NCBI RefSeq assembly: GCF_003918875.1
Contig: NW_025764904.1
Span: forward strand, 2,170,001 to 2,234,000
DNA: 64,000 bases
Source: Haliotis rubra
Taxonomy: Eukaryota
Direction: 5' to 3'
The notes beneath the pieces are model-generated. The model saw nothing but the letters and a program-made list of their open reading frames with translations. It made no database searches and had not been told where the DNA came from. Numbering within the stretch: the first letter of the stretch is position 1; each line of letters begins with the position of its first letter. This document shows, one piece after another, positions 51,538-63,765 of this stretch. The translations under genes and the position numbers were made by a program.

Positions 51538-51917
51538 TAATAATAATAATAATGAGTCCATTTATATAGCGCCAAACTCCACACTAGGTATGCTCATAGC
51601 GCTAACAATCAAGGCACAGCACAATATTACCCCGAATAACCCAAGCTGCCTGTTAGGCGCTAGAAGGTTATAGTCATATGACTTTTTTCCACCGGGTACC
51701 CATTTTCTGCTGGGTGAACAGAGACAATTTTGAAGAAACTCACTTGCCTAAGGTGAGACCACATGTGCCACATGTGCTTCGTTGTGGGGCAGGACTCAAG
51801 TCCTAGAAACTCTCAGGAGTCAAGCTGCCAAACACGGTCACCCATCCAAGGACTCTCCGAGCTCGACGCTGCTTAACTTTACCGATTTGTGACCTGAGCT
51901 TTGAGCACACCGCCACC
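51538..51917 (-). mobile_element. 5S rRNA-derived SINE (SINE3) with CORE-like body and L2-type (ATT)n tail
   Basis: Minus strand AAGTTAAGCAGCGTCGAGCTCGGAGAGTCCTTGGATGGGTGACC matches the 5S internal promoter (A box-IE-C box); GGCAAGT...CTCTGTTCACCCAGCAGAAAATGGGTACC is CORE-like; GCGCTATATAAAT...(ATT)n tail; 7-bp TSD GTCTTAA. Confidence 0.82.
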
Positions 51918-52164
51918 GTCTTAAAAGGGACCCGTGAAGATCCGGGTTAGAACTGATCTTCAGCAACCCATGCTTGTCGTAAGAGGTGACTAACGGGATC
52001 GGGTGGTCAGGCTTGGTGACTTGGTTGTGCTTCCCAATTTTTGTAGATCACTGGTGATGCTGTCGATCACTGGATTGTCTGGTCCAGACTCTATTATTTA
52101 CAGACCGCCGTCATATAGTTATATACCTATTGAATATTGCGTTAAAAAGCAAACAAACAAAAAA

Positions 52165-52515
52165 ACACCTGTTGCATATCCGATTCTGACACATGTTATC
52201 GTACCTCAACTATGTAGGTGGAAGCTCATGATGTCAATCACTTGATTGTCTGGTCCAGACTCTATTATTTACAGACCGCCGCCATATAGTCATATACCTA
52301 TTGAGTGCTGTGTTAAACAAACAAGCAAACAAACAAACACACCTGTTGCATATCCGATTCTGACACATGTTATCGTACCTCAACTACGTAGATCGAAGCT
52401 CGTGATGTCAATCACTTGATTGTCTAGTCCAGGCTCAGTTACTACAGACCGCCCTTATATAGTTATATATGTTTTGAGTGAGGTGTTAAACAAACAAACA
52501 AACACTCCTGTTGCA
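52165..52515 (+). repeat. Two extra tandem copies (~175 bp) of the family B 3' half plus flank
   Basis: CCTGTTGCATATCCGATTCTGACACATG...CAAACAAAC unit repeated after the copy starting at 51930. Confidence 0.8.
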
Positions 52516-52766
52516 TTATGACAGAGACAAGGTGCAGATCTACTGCACTGACAGACATGGTCGTATCTATGTCAACCTGCCCGCTGTTCACACCTACTAC
52601 AGCAGACAAACACGCTGTCTAAGTTTGCTTTAAAGTTTAACTAAACATACTGCACCCTCTCCCCACTACGAATATGCACTAAAGTACATTTACCCGTCAA
52701 AAAGCTATTGAGGGCATGTGTTTGGGTTTGACAAGTTCTCCCTGTGAGATCGTTGGGTTATATATA

Positions 52767-53204
52767 GGGCTGTCTTCAAGGTAGGCTAACGCTTAGTCTT
52801 CAATGTAGGTTAACGCTTAATCTCTGAATCTGTATAATCTTGATCGTAACAAATACACCCATTTAAATTGAAAAGGATCCCCAGGGGGGCCAGAGATTCA
52901 GAACCGAGGAAATCTAGACTTGCTTCAGGGCTTTAGCATTGCAGGGAAGGCTTGGTTGTAGGGAAAATTATATGGTTCAAGGACTGTGAGACATTCTATA
53001 GTTAGGGCTGTCTTCAAGGACTAACGCTTTGTCTCTGAAAATGTGTAATTTTGATTGTAACAAATAAATCCATCTAAATTGAAAAGGAGCCCCAGGGAGA
53101 CCAGAGAATCACCAGGGGAATATAGACTTGGTTCATTTAGGGCTTTAGCATTGAAGGGAAGGGAAGGCTGTAAGTAAAATCATATGGTTCAGGGACTGTG
53201 AGAC
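52767..53204. repeat. Diverged two-copy tandem duplication (~235 bp)
   Basis: AGGGCTGTCTTCAAGG...GGACTGTGAGACA at 52767 and 53004. Confidence 0.8.
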
Positions 53205-53440
53205 AGACTATCTACATGGGTGAGTGGTTTCACAGCGAGGGACAGCTGGTGGTGTTGTATCTGTGTGTCGTCCTGTTAAGAGAAGTTTGAATCAAAGAGG
53301 ATGCAAACTGTGTAATATTCATAAAATACAATTAAATGAAGCAGTTTTTCATTTCAAGAAGAAACGGAAATTACGGTAATCTAAACGTGCCACATATTCT
53401 AGACTTGCAAGGGGTGTGTTGGGTATATTTGTGAGATTAT

Positions 53441-53680
53441 GTTGGTTGGTTGGTTTGTTGCTTAACGCCGCACTATTGCAGCTATATGGTGGCGGTCTGT
53501 AAATGATCGTGTTTGGACCAGACAATCTAGTGATCAACAACATGAGCATCAATCTACGCAAATGGGAACCGATGACATGTGTCAACCAAGTCAGCGAGCC
53601 TGACCACCCGATCCCGTTAGTCGCCTCTTACGACAAACATGGGTTACTGAAGATAAATTCTTACCCGGAACTTCACGGGT
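53441..53680 (-). mobile_element. Family B retroposon, full length
   Basis: Reverse-complement consensus ending CTTCACGGGT. Confidence 0.87.
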
Positions 53681-55113
53681 GGTATATTTGTGAAATTGTG
53701 TGTGTGCGCGCGTGTGCATATAGGCGATTGAGTGGGCATGTGTACGTTGGCGTTCATGTAGGACGCGTACGTGTATGTGCACGTGAGTGTACGCGTATAT
53801 ATGTTTGCGTTCGTGTACGTGTATGTATGTATATGTGTACATGTTTGTGTGTGAGTGGATTTTATTTCTTATTCGTGCTACAGTCATACATTTATGTTTC
53901 AACCACTGACCCTTACATACAGAGATATGTAACCAATTAAGCACCAGGTGACGCTTACAGATTCACACATTCATCGTCCACAGTAACATATTGCCATTAA
54001 CACACATGCGTCACGCATACAGCACTCCTCTCATACGTACATATAATATGTACATCATTCATTCCAGCCACACAGGCGCAGCATATGTACAGGTAGACAC
54101 AGGTGTACATGTCACATCCGATATAACGCGATCGCGGTATAACGGGGACTGGCGGTTGTCGCCAACATGACGCAGCCCAGTGAGACAAGGATGTGGGACA
54201 AGGAAAACAATCCAGGTTTAATCTTTTTTAATTTCCTGAATCTTATGACCTGACCTCCTATTAAGTCCTGATTATCATATATAACACTTTTACGGAGCAA
54301 CGCTTTCAATTTTTCACTATTTTCCGGGTTCTGAAATTAATGTCGTTCTTGGTGTGTCAGACTCGAGCTCGGCAGAGGGCATGGCGAAGAAAAGGTCAAA
54401 TGATACACAAGAAAAATTTAATTATTGATTGAACACAATGATTATTCGTTTTTCTCAATCAAGGCGATAAATCACATTAAATATAGAATAAAGAGACTGA
54501 CAGAACAAGACGGGTGTCCCCAACACCAATATCACCTGTTCCACCCCTTCCAAGTCAGAAATCCTACACCCTTTTGTCACTTCTAGACGAACATTTAGTC
54601 TCTGAAATGAATATGTTTTACAGAAAAACAGTTAATGAATTATATTCATTAACCATGATAAAAATTAGTCCAGAGTCTTCATTTTCAGAAATTTAATCCA
54701 TAATCTAGACTTGCCATATATTCTATACTTGCAGGGGCTACATTGGGTTATGAACTGTTTGAGGGGCATTCAAGTAGTTGATCATCCATAACCACTTGTC
54801 ATTCCTACATCAGGTATATTTGTTCCAGGGTCTGTGTGACAGACTGGGGTCACTTCCTCTATTAAAATTCTTGTTTGCTCTGAGACTTGAAGGGGTACAG
54901 AGCTTCCTCCTACCAAATCACGCCCCTTTTCAAAACCAGGGTTCGGAAGTCTCTGATACACAAAGTTAATGCTCAAACGAATTCGGATTCTACACACTCA
55001 TGTTAGTACGTATATGTGCAGTTACTAGCAACACACGCTGAGACAGTCATTACATCACACATACAAACACGTCCTTGATATAAACTCGAGAAGTATCAGC
55101 AATAAGCCTTCCC

Positions 55114-55223
55114 GAGTCCCGATCCACAAAACGTCCGTAGCTCTACGACTTTCGTAAACCTATGACAACGATAGAATTACGACAGGTCGTAAAGTTACGA
55201 ACGCTTTGGTGATCGGGACCCTG
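55114..55223. mobile_element. Hairpin MITE, same family as 41581-41694
   Basis: GTCCCGATCCACAAAACG...CGCTTTGGTGATCGGGAC. Confidence 0.75.
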
Positions 55224-56063
55224 TACTCCCATCTCATCTTCACGACAACTAAAACCCACCGATCTCGTAAACAACCCATATACTTTATACACACACAAAA
55301 TAAATATCCACAAAGAAACAGCCTCCCCTGCACGGATGAACGCATCAAAAGAATCATCCATGAAATATTCCCATCAAACCATAAACCTGACATGTTCTAA
55401 CTCGACTAACGACATTTATTAAATAGCAGGGAAATAATCCTAATTATCCCCTCCCTCCCCTGTGTAGACATGGGCTCCATGGACACTCGATACAATGGCG
55501 CTGTACTGTACAGTCTTGAATGTCACCATCCTGGCTGGCCAATAACCCGTGACTATAAAGTCCTGTCTATGAAAACCTGTCTGGGCGCACCGAAAGAAAC
55601 CCTACACGCATTCTTCGCTCACTATGGAGGGTGAAACATCATATTATGACTCCCTTGAATGAGTCATCACCCCTCAGTTGGAGACCCCCCGCCGAGAGTA
55701 GGTCTATTACAACCATTAATCGGGTATCTCGGATTAAGACCATCTTGAGTACAGGATTTACGTGGGTATATATCAAGTACAGCTATCACTTGTACATGTT
55801 AAGGCTAAAATTAGACAACTCCTCGAAAATGGCAAAGTTTGTTTGTTTGTTTGTTTAATGTTTGACGTCCCTTTATAGCGGCGGTATGTAATTAATCCAG
55901 ACAATCCTGTGATCAATAGTATGAACATCAATCAACTGAACCTATATGCTTAAAGTTTGGATTTATAGATGATTAAAATAGGCAAAACAAGACGTTTAAA
56001 TCAGGCAGGTATAGGGCAAACAATGGTGCAAATGTGTTAATAGATACACATATTTTATATACA

Positions 56064-56229
56064 GGGGCGGTGGGGTAGCCTAGTGGTTAAAACGTTGACT
56101 CGTCACGCCGAAGATCCGGGTTCGAATCCCCACATGGGCACAATGAGTGAAGCCCATTTCTGGTGTCCCCCGCCGTGATGTCGCTGGAATATTGCTAAAA
56201 GCGGCGTAAAACCAAACTCAGTCAGTCAG
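56064..56229 (+). mobile_element. Family A SINE
   Basis: Consensus match; TSD TTATATACA. Confidence 0.92.
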
Positions 56230-56867
56230 TTATATACAGATCATGTTTGTTGTTTAACGCCACTCTCAGCAGTATCCCAGCTATATGGCGGTGGTCTGTA
56301 AACAGTCGAGACAGGACCAGATAATCCAGTAGTCAACAGCATGAGCATCGATCTACGCATTAGCGTGCATCAACCGAATCATCAAGCCTGATCACCAGAT
56401 CCCGTTAGTCGCCTCTTTCGACAAGTATGGGTTACTAGAGATCAATTCTAACCCGCATCTTCACGGGTGAAAAAGCCAAGTAAACACTCATGTGTGATAG
56501 TCACTACAAATGAAACAAACAAACATGGTTAATTGATGGTGATGTATTTAAGACGGGTGTCATTGTGTCATTGTAAAATATGAGTTTACTGTGTTTCGGT
56601 GACTCTTTTCAGCCTAGTAATGTTTTGATTAAGTTGATCATGTTTTAGGTCAAATTTCATTTTCAAGAGTATACTCTCTTGCTCGACGGTCTTGGTGCAT
56701 TTCCAAATTCAGTCCATCAAAATACAGGGTAGATGATAGTGTAGTCTTTGTCATTTATTTTCTTTGACGCAGTAATTTGCAAAGTTTCATTATGAGGAAA
56801 GCCTGCCTTTAAAATCAATCGTATGACTGCTTCATCTTAAAACATTAGGTCAGTGGCATATAATCAG

Positions 56868-57035
56868 GAGTGAGTGAGTGACTATGGTTTTACGCTGCTT
56901 TTAGCAATATTCCAGCAATATCACGGCGGTTGACACCAGAAATGGGCTTCACACATTGTACCCATGTGGGGAATCGAACCCGGGTCTTCGGCGTCACAAG
57001 CCAACGCATTAACCACTAGGCTACCCAACCGCCCC
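56868..57035 (-). mobile_element. Family A SINE
   Basis: Reverse-complement consensus match. Confidence 0.88.
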
Positions 57036-58809
57036 ACATATGAGGAAGATAACGGGACATGCCACATGAAAAAAAAAATTGAAAAAAGGTTTAGGATGGG
57101 GCTAAAAAAACAACGATTTTTAAGAGGTAGTTTTTATGTACATTGACCTGGAATAAACACAGGTGTATTCCTATCAAAACAGGTAACTGTGTTGCTACCG
57201 CAAGTGTTCAGTGATGTTTTCTATTTATTAAAGGTGTTCTCAGCTCAAATAATAGTACGTCAGTTAGATTTTAAATGATTTTTAACCGAGCAGATGCATA
57301 AAAATTTAAATTGAATATATAATTGTATTTGTTTTCAAAATGCACCCGTTCATCTCCTTTAAATCAACATCTCGTCACGACACGGTGGTATCGACTGTTC
57401 ATTCCCGCATGTTTAATAAACACGAAACTTTTAAAAGTAATGGTACAAACTTGCAGTCCAAACACAGAACGTATGCTCGTTCATGTGTGGATCTCTATTT
57501 CTAAGACACTTGACTGACTAGACTTGAAAAAACACGGAACCTGTCCTTCAGGTATGACTACACGGGAACAGATTAACTATGTCGTGACAGGGCTATATCT
57601 TGTTTAACTAGAATGACGTCGTCTTCAACAGTTCCCAAAGGCATTCCTTGTAATTCATTCATTGCTGATAGATGATGATTTTTGTAATGAACATGGCATT
57701 TATGTAATTGAAGATGAATTTCACTTTTTTTAGTGTGTGTAAAAAGTACGATGTTTATAGAGTCAAATATAAGTCGTTAGTTTTGGTAGCGTCCATCAAA
57801 ACATAAATTTATAAAGCTGTTGAAGTCTACTGATAAAAATACTCTGTTGTTTTTAGCAAAATTTATTAAAGAATGTATGTATCGTAAATAATCATGGGCC
57901 ATGTCCTGCCTCATAGTCTGTTTATCATTTATCATTTATACTGTAGATGAGGGGTTGAGGGAAAACAATTCTCTGAAATAAAATCTGTTCTGTTCCGCTA
58001 ACTTTGGTTTATTGCGAATCGAACCCAGACTTACCGCGTGACAAGCGAGTGCTCCATCCACTAGGCCACCCCAGTTGTTCTACGGAATTCCCATTATATG
58101 ATGGCATGTCAAGTTTAATGAAGATGGAAATCGCGTCACACGAACATCTGGGTTTGATCACAAGTTTTCAGTTATCAATTCTCACTGCTGTTTTGCCTTT
58201 CACGCTCTGTAGAATCTGCCGCGGTGGATAAGTGAGGCTGGTTATTCACAGGCGTTGACATGCATACCCTTTTCGCGAACACATGGTGAAATCTCAGGGA
58301 TCTATTCATATGTTTTTCTTCGCTGTTTTGTCTTTTATGAATTGTGGAATCTGTTTCAATAGACGATTGCAACTGATTATTTTCAAGTTTTGTTATTATC
58401 GTTTAAGTATTGTGAAGTTTCATCGCGGGTCTAATGTTGACAGTGCAAGGTTCAAAATCGGTCGTCACACTTATGCCAAACGGATCCTGGTAAGGCTACG
58501 TAACGTAACTCTCCACGGAGAATTGGTCGCATCCTGTCCATTGATTCCCTTTCGAACACAAGTAGGCACACCCTCGGTTATCCAGCATATTGTCTTCATT
58601 CCATTATGATAAGTATACCATGGAGATAATCGAGGGTGACACGTGATCAGACATGGTGCATCTTGACTGATCGTCAACACTCCATATTGTCAATATCTTC
58701 CAAAGCTGCCAAGGGCTCTGGTGGTGTCGAAGGCACACATGCCATAACATAAATGAAACACAGTTTAAAGCTGCCTTTACCCCCAATCACCCAATCACTC
58801 AAGTGGGAT

Positions 58810-59048
58810 ACCCGTGAAGATCCGTGTTAGAATTGGTCTTCAGTAACCCATGCTTGTCGTAACAGGCGACGATCGGGATCGGGTGGTCAGGCTGGCTGAC
58901 TCTGTTGACACATGTCATCGTATCCCAAGTAGGTAGATCGATGTTCATGCTGTTGATCACTGGATTGTCTGGTCCAGACTCGGTTATTTACAGACCGTCG
59001 ACATACAACTGGAATATTGCTGAGTGCGGCATTAAAGAGAAAACAAAT
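58810..59048 (+). mobile_element. Family B retroposon, full length
   Basis: ACCCGTGAAGATCC head through GCGGCATTAAA tail. Confidence 0.87.
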
Positions 59049-60068
59049 ACTCATATGGATGTGATCGGATGGTAATTAAAGAATTCTCACGCTGAAGGCC
59101 TGATTCCACACATTCCTGATACCCATTTCTGGTGTCCCCCGTTGTGGCATTACTGCAATATCGTTACAAGCAATATAAAACAGAAACAACTCACTTTGCT
59201 CGTTTGCTTGATACTTTCACCAACAAAAATCAGCAAGATTAAAGCCCTGTCAAGCCATGGCACTATTGTCATTAGAATTTATAAGAATACCACTTAAAAT
59301 TTACAACAGCAAGTCTAGAAATTGGACCCTGTCGTTTTATTCACACTGTTAGCTTGCGTCTTTTTGAAACATCAGAATCCTAATTTTGTGTGTTCGAATC
59401 CAGGTTTGACCGGATTCTGTTTCAAGGTTTGCAGGTACCATCGCTGTGTTGATGGGTTTCAGTAAGTAGTAATCGTCGTGACTATCACTTCGGACCTGCC
59501 CTCCACATCTATCTGGCGCGGTGGGGTAGTCCAGTGGTTAAAGCGTTCGCTCGTCACGCCGAAGACCCGGGTTCGATTCCCAACATGGGCACAGTGTGTG
59601 AAGCCCATTTCTGGTGTCCCCGTGAAACCCAACTCACTCACACCACATCCATCTGACAATTGTAAATGCGACATTAAACCAACAGCATTCACTCAGTAGG
59701 GAGAAGCTCCGAGAAAACCACAACATATTGAACCGTTACACTCAACTGAATACCTGCTAACCCGGGTTACAAAGTATGTTGACGACTGTTTACACAAAAT
59801 TGTCACTTCAAAAGATTTAATCTTCGCAGTGTAAATATGCATCAAGTTGGTCCTGCCTCCGAGCAAATAATCTTTGAACATTTCCTTTGTCGCATATACT
59901 GCCAGGGGCTTTACGCGACCTTGAGAAAGTCTGGGTAAATGAGCCTTTGAGTTGACAAAATATATGACTGTCATGTAGTGACGAACTGTCGCGAACACCT
60001 GGTGTTCTCTGATTTTCAGTGATCCATGCATTTAATGTTCTTAGCTATGTTTCTCGTTTAAACCAAAC

Positions 60069-60225
60069 GGGGCGGTGTGGTAGCCTAGTGGTTAAAGCGT
60101 TCACTCGTCACGTCGAAGACCCGGGTTCAATCCCCCACAAGGGCACAATATGTGAAGCCCATTTCTGGAGTCCCTGCCGTGATATTGCTGTATTACGCGG
60201 CGTAAAACTAAACTCACTCACTCAC
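60069..60225 (+). mobile_element. Family A SINE
   Basis: Consensus match; TSD TTTAAACCAAAC. Confidence 0.92.
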
Positions 60226-60859
60226 TTTAAACCAAACGGGGGGTTGTTTATATTTAAGTAATGAAATATAGATTAACCGAGACTTTTCTCATAAGAAGTG
60301 TATTTTTGAACTATTTATTTGAACTGTTTTGGAATGTCTTCAGTTCCGTGAAGCGATTTGTCAAATCAGAATCTAATAGATAGCACCAAGGAGATACCGA
60401 GGCGTAATGAGGGAAGTCCAGGAGTTGACGTGTCATTGCTGGGATGAAATTAACACTTAAAACATTCGCAACTCCTTTGATTTTGTTTCAACGTTCTTTG
60501 ATGTCAAACTATCAAATATTAATCACACTGAAAACATGGAAACCACTTTTATCATTTTCCACGTATACATCAATGTCAGCTATTAATTACAGTCTGTAGC
60601 TCTACATGACAAGGCCGATGTTAATCTATAATTGTCATATCCTGACACCTGTCACTCAAACTGACACCGCCAATCATCGGCATGAAATTATAGTATAATT
60701 CATGCGTAATCTATCATATAATGTTTAATCCGCGCCACACCTGAGCTATGCATCATATTTCTAGGCGTACCGCACTGCAAGTAGTCTATTGATTCACTGT
60801 GAACTAGGTCGCCGACGTATCCTGGCGATATATATCGATTCTCGGGTAAATAAAACCAC

Positions 60860-61090
60860 CTGTCCGCCATTTCTCGACAAGATGCCGTTCAACCAACAGG
60901 TAGGTTCCGATCGTGTGCTTACTGACTGACTGGGTGCGCTCACCCTGCTGCACGTGCATGCACGAGATTCACGTGGATCTACAGTGCCGGAAGTGTCAAA
61001 TGTTTTTTTGCACCAGGTATCCGTGCTGACTGACAGGGTTTACTGACGTTGTAATTGAAAAATTACAATATTGCAGGGCACGTGATTGTG
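60860..61090. promoter_or_regulatory. Possible promoter or enhancer motif cluster
   Basis: YY1-like CCGCCATTT (60864), E-boxes CACGTG (60951, 60970, 61079), ETS CCGGAAGTG (60987), in a locally CpG-richer stretch with no repeat recognised. Confidence 0.3.
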
Positions 61091-62783
61091 TCGGGTAGTT
61101 GACAAAACTGTAATTGTCATATTGGTATGCATACATTGAGGAAAATCTACAATACAGAACTAATTACATAGGGCATTATGATTATTGCAACATTTACTTG
61201 CATTTTCAATCACTATGCTTTTGATAGTTATTATGCCCATTAACACACCTGAATGCATGACAATGTTTACATATCAGTAACAATTATCGAATATCGAACC
61301 TGCGTTGACTTAACGGGTCGATGTTTCTCTATCCATTAAAACCAATGTTTATGCTACCAAATGTAAATGAAACATGTTACACTTCGAAAACGGTCCGAAA
61401 ATATGCCCTTATATATTATGCACTACCTTATATACATTAAAAGTTATATTTTAGATAACACTTTCTCAGTAACCACTTTCTAAATAGCATTGTGTACTTA
61501 TATATATTGCTCGGTATTACTGTAGAAAGAGGTTGAATTATTGACATAATTAGCTAAGATACATGCTGGACTTTTATATATTTACCTTTAATATAATTGG
61601 CAATGTACAATTTCATAATTCATAATATATTGTATGTTACATTATTTCACTTTAAAGTATAATATGTCCAACCTGTCTATGTCAAAAGCGTATTCCTATT
61701 GTATATTGTACGCTTAGCCATGTGGCTTTTGATAGTGATTAAATATCCTCAACTCTAACATAAATCATTTTATTGACATGAATCGATGGCAAGAATGTGA
61801 GACCTTTGAATGATAAGACTTAACAGAATGAAAAATCATTGAATCAGACTATAAATATCAAACTGTCTCATGTGAAACTCGAGTAAATTTTACCAAAATC
61901 TTTTTTCGGAATTTTCTTTGATGGTACATGTCTATAAACCCCCGTTTTAACGCTGAAGTCCTCGCATATAACACCACCTGCCAGCAGACGGAGGGGGTAG
62001 CAGCAGTTTACGTATTATCTCAACCTGCTATCGATAGTATTGATCTTATATGACAATAGATTCACTGTAGACGATGTTATCGCCCTAGAAGGCAATATTA
62101 GGCTGATGAGAATAAATGTCTCGTTCCTCTTAGCCCTCCCGGGAAATTGTCAAGTGTATTTCATTCTTTAAAATAAACTGACCTATAAAGGAAAATGCCT
62201 GCTGTAAAGAATACCTGTAGTGTTTTTGCAACACTTTTTAAAATATTTACTTTATTCTTTGGAAAATAAACACACACACACACCCACACACACACACCCA
62301 AAGCAGGTGTTTTTGTAAATTTTAAGTTTCGTTTTTGAACCCATTCGTTTCTTTTCATTTGTACCTCGCGTTGCAAAAGACATGGTCAAAAACGGTCATG
62401 TTTACCTTCATAACTTTAACTTACAAAATACACGATAATAATAATATTTCTCTCCCAACAGTGTCAGTTTTGAAGAATACCATGGAAAAAACAACAGTTC
62501 AGGCTTTATATTCACATAAAACCAAACTCGAGCACAACAACCTAGTGGTCGACAGAACCCATTCGTTTCTATTTCTTTGTACCTGGTGTTGCACAAGACA
62601 TGGTCAAAATAGGTCAAGCGGTACAACAGAGTCATGTTACTTTAATAAAATCTTTAACTTACAAAATAAACGACAAAAATAATATTACCTTGTGTTTATA
62701 CTAGGTCTCTGAGCATGTCTGACACTCTTCGTAGCGTAACGGATAGAGTGCCTGCCCGGGGTAGCCGGAGGTCTGCGGTTTGA

Positions 62784-62949
62784 GTGAGTGAGTGAGGTTG
62801 GTTTTCCGCCGCTTTTAGCAATATTCCAGCAATATCACGGCAGGGAACACCAGCAATGGGCTTCACACATTGTACCCATTTGGGGAATCGAACCCAGGCC
62901 TTCAGCGTGACGATCGAACGCTGTAACCACTAGGCTACCCCAACGCCCC
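62784..62949 (-). mobile_element. Family A SINE
   Basis: Consensus match; TSD GTCTGCGGTTTGA/GTCTGTGGTTTGA. Confidence 0.9.
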
Positions 62950-63507
62950 GTCTGTGGTTTGACCCCCAGCCTCGTTTATCAAAACACGTTGAAAGATGCT
63001 ACTCCGTGTTACTCTGCCTGGTGCTCGGTATTAACGGGATAACAAAAGGACAGGTCTGTTCGGAGTCATGTATATTATATATGTGTATGTGCATTTTGGT
63101 ATCCAAGTTGGCTGGAGCTTTAAAAGTGCCTATTCAAGTATAACCTGCCAGAAGCATGAATGGGACATGTGTCTTGTTTGGACACGTCTCGTCTTTGGAA
63201 GATGGAGTAGTAAAAAGTAGACATATGCACACACGTGCATGCATGCACATCCGTGCTCGTCCAGGTGATTGAAATTGACCATTCTAGATAATCATAAGTA
63301 TATGCATAAGCTTGGCAAGTCTTGACGATTTATATAACCAAATCTAGATTCTTAAAACAGACGATTATAGATGATTAGAATCGGTACATTTATATGCTTA
63401 AAACTTGTATTTCTAGATCATTACAATAGGCAAACCAAGACGCTTAAAACTGGCAAGTATGGGGCAAACAGTGCAAATATTTTAACAGATATTTTTTATA
63501 CCGATCT

Positions 63508-63765
63508 TGTTTGTTTGTTTGTTGGTTTGTTGTTTAACGCCGCACTCAACAATATCCAAGCTATACGGCGGCGGTCTGTAAATGATCAAGTCTGGACCAG
63601 ACAATCCGGTGATCAACAGCACGACCACTGAACTACACAAACTGGAAAACGATGACATGTGTCAACCAAGTCAGTAAGCCTGACCATTGCACCCGATCCC
63701 GTTAGTCGCATCTTACGAGAAGCATGGATTGCTGAAGACCAATTCTAACCCGGATCTTCACGGGT
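63508..63765 (-). mobile_element. Family B retroposon, full length
   Basis: Reverse-complement consensus ending GGATCTTCACGGGT. Confidence 0.87.

Larger units (their letters stand above)
51135..54768. mobile_element. Probable ~3.6-kb non-autonomous TIR DNA element carrying nested SINEs
   Basis: Left end ACCCAATGTAGCCCAGGCAAGTCTAGAAATTGTGGCAAGTCTAGAT (51152) is the inverted match of ATCTAGACTTGCCATATATTCTATACTTGCAGGGGCTACATTGGGT (ends 54748); a second right-end copy lies at ~53380-53428. No TSD found. Confidence 0.6.

Noticed and set aside
51820-51917. 5S rRNA gene
   Set aside because: Only a diverged partial match fused to a SINE body and flanked by a TSD.
53349-53940. Recurrent short ORF family (MTHVI..QLRRSMLMLLITG / NMSIDLR.WDTMTCVNQVSEPDHP)
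   Set aside because: These are chance translations of the non-coding family B repeat, with inconsistent frames and stops between copies.
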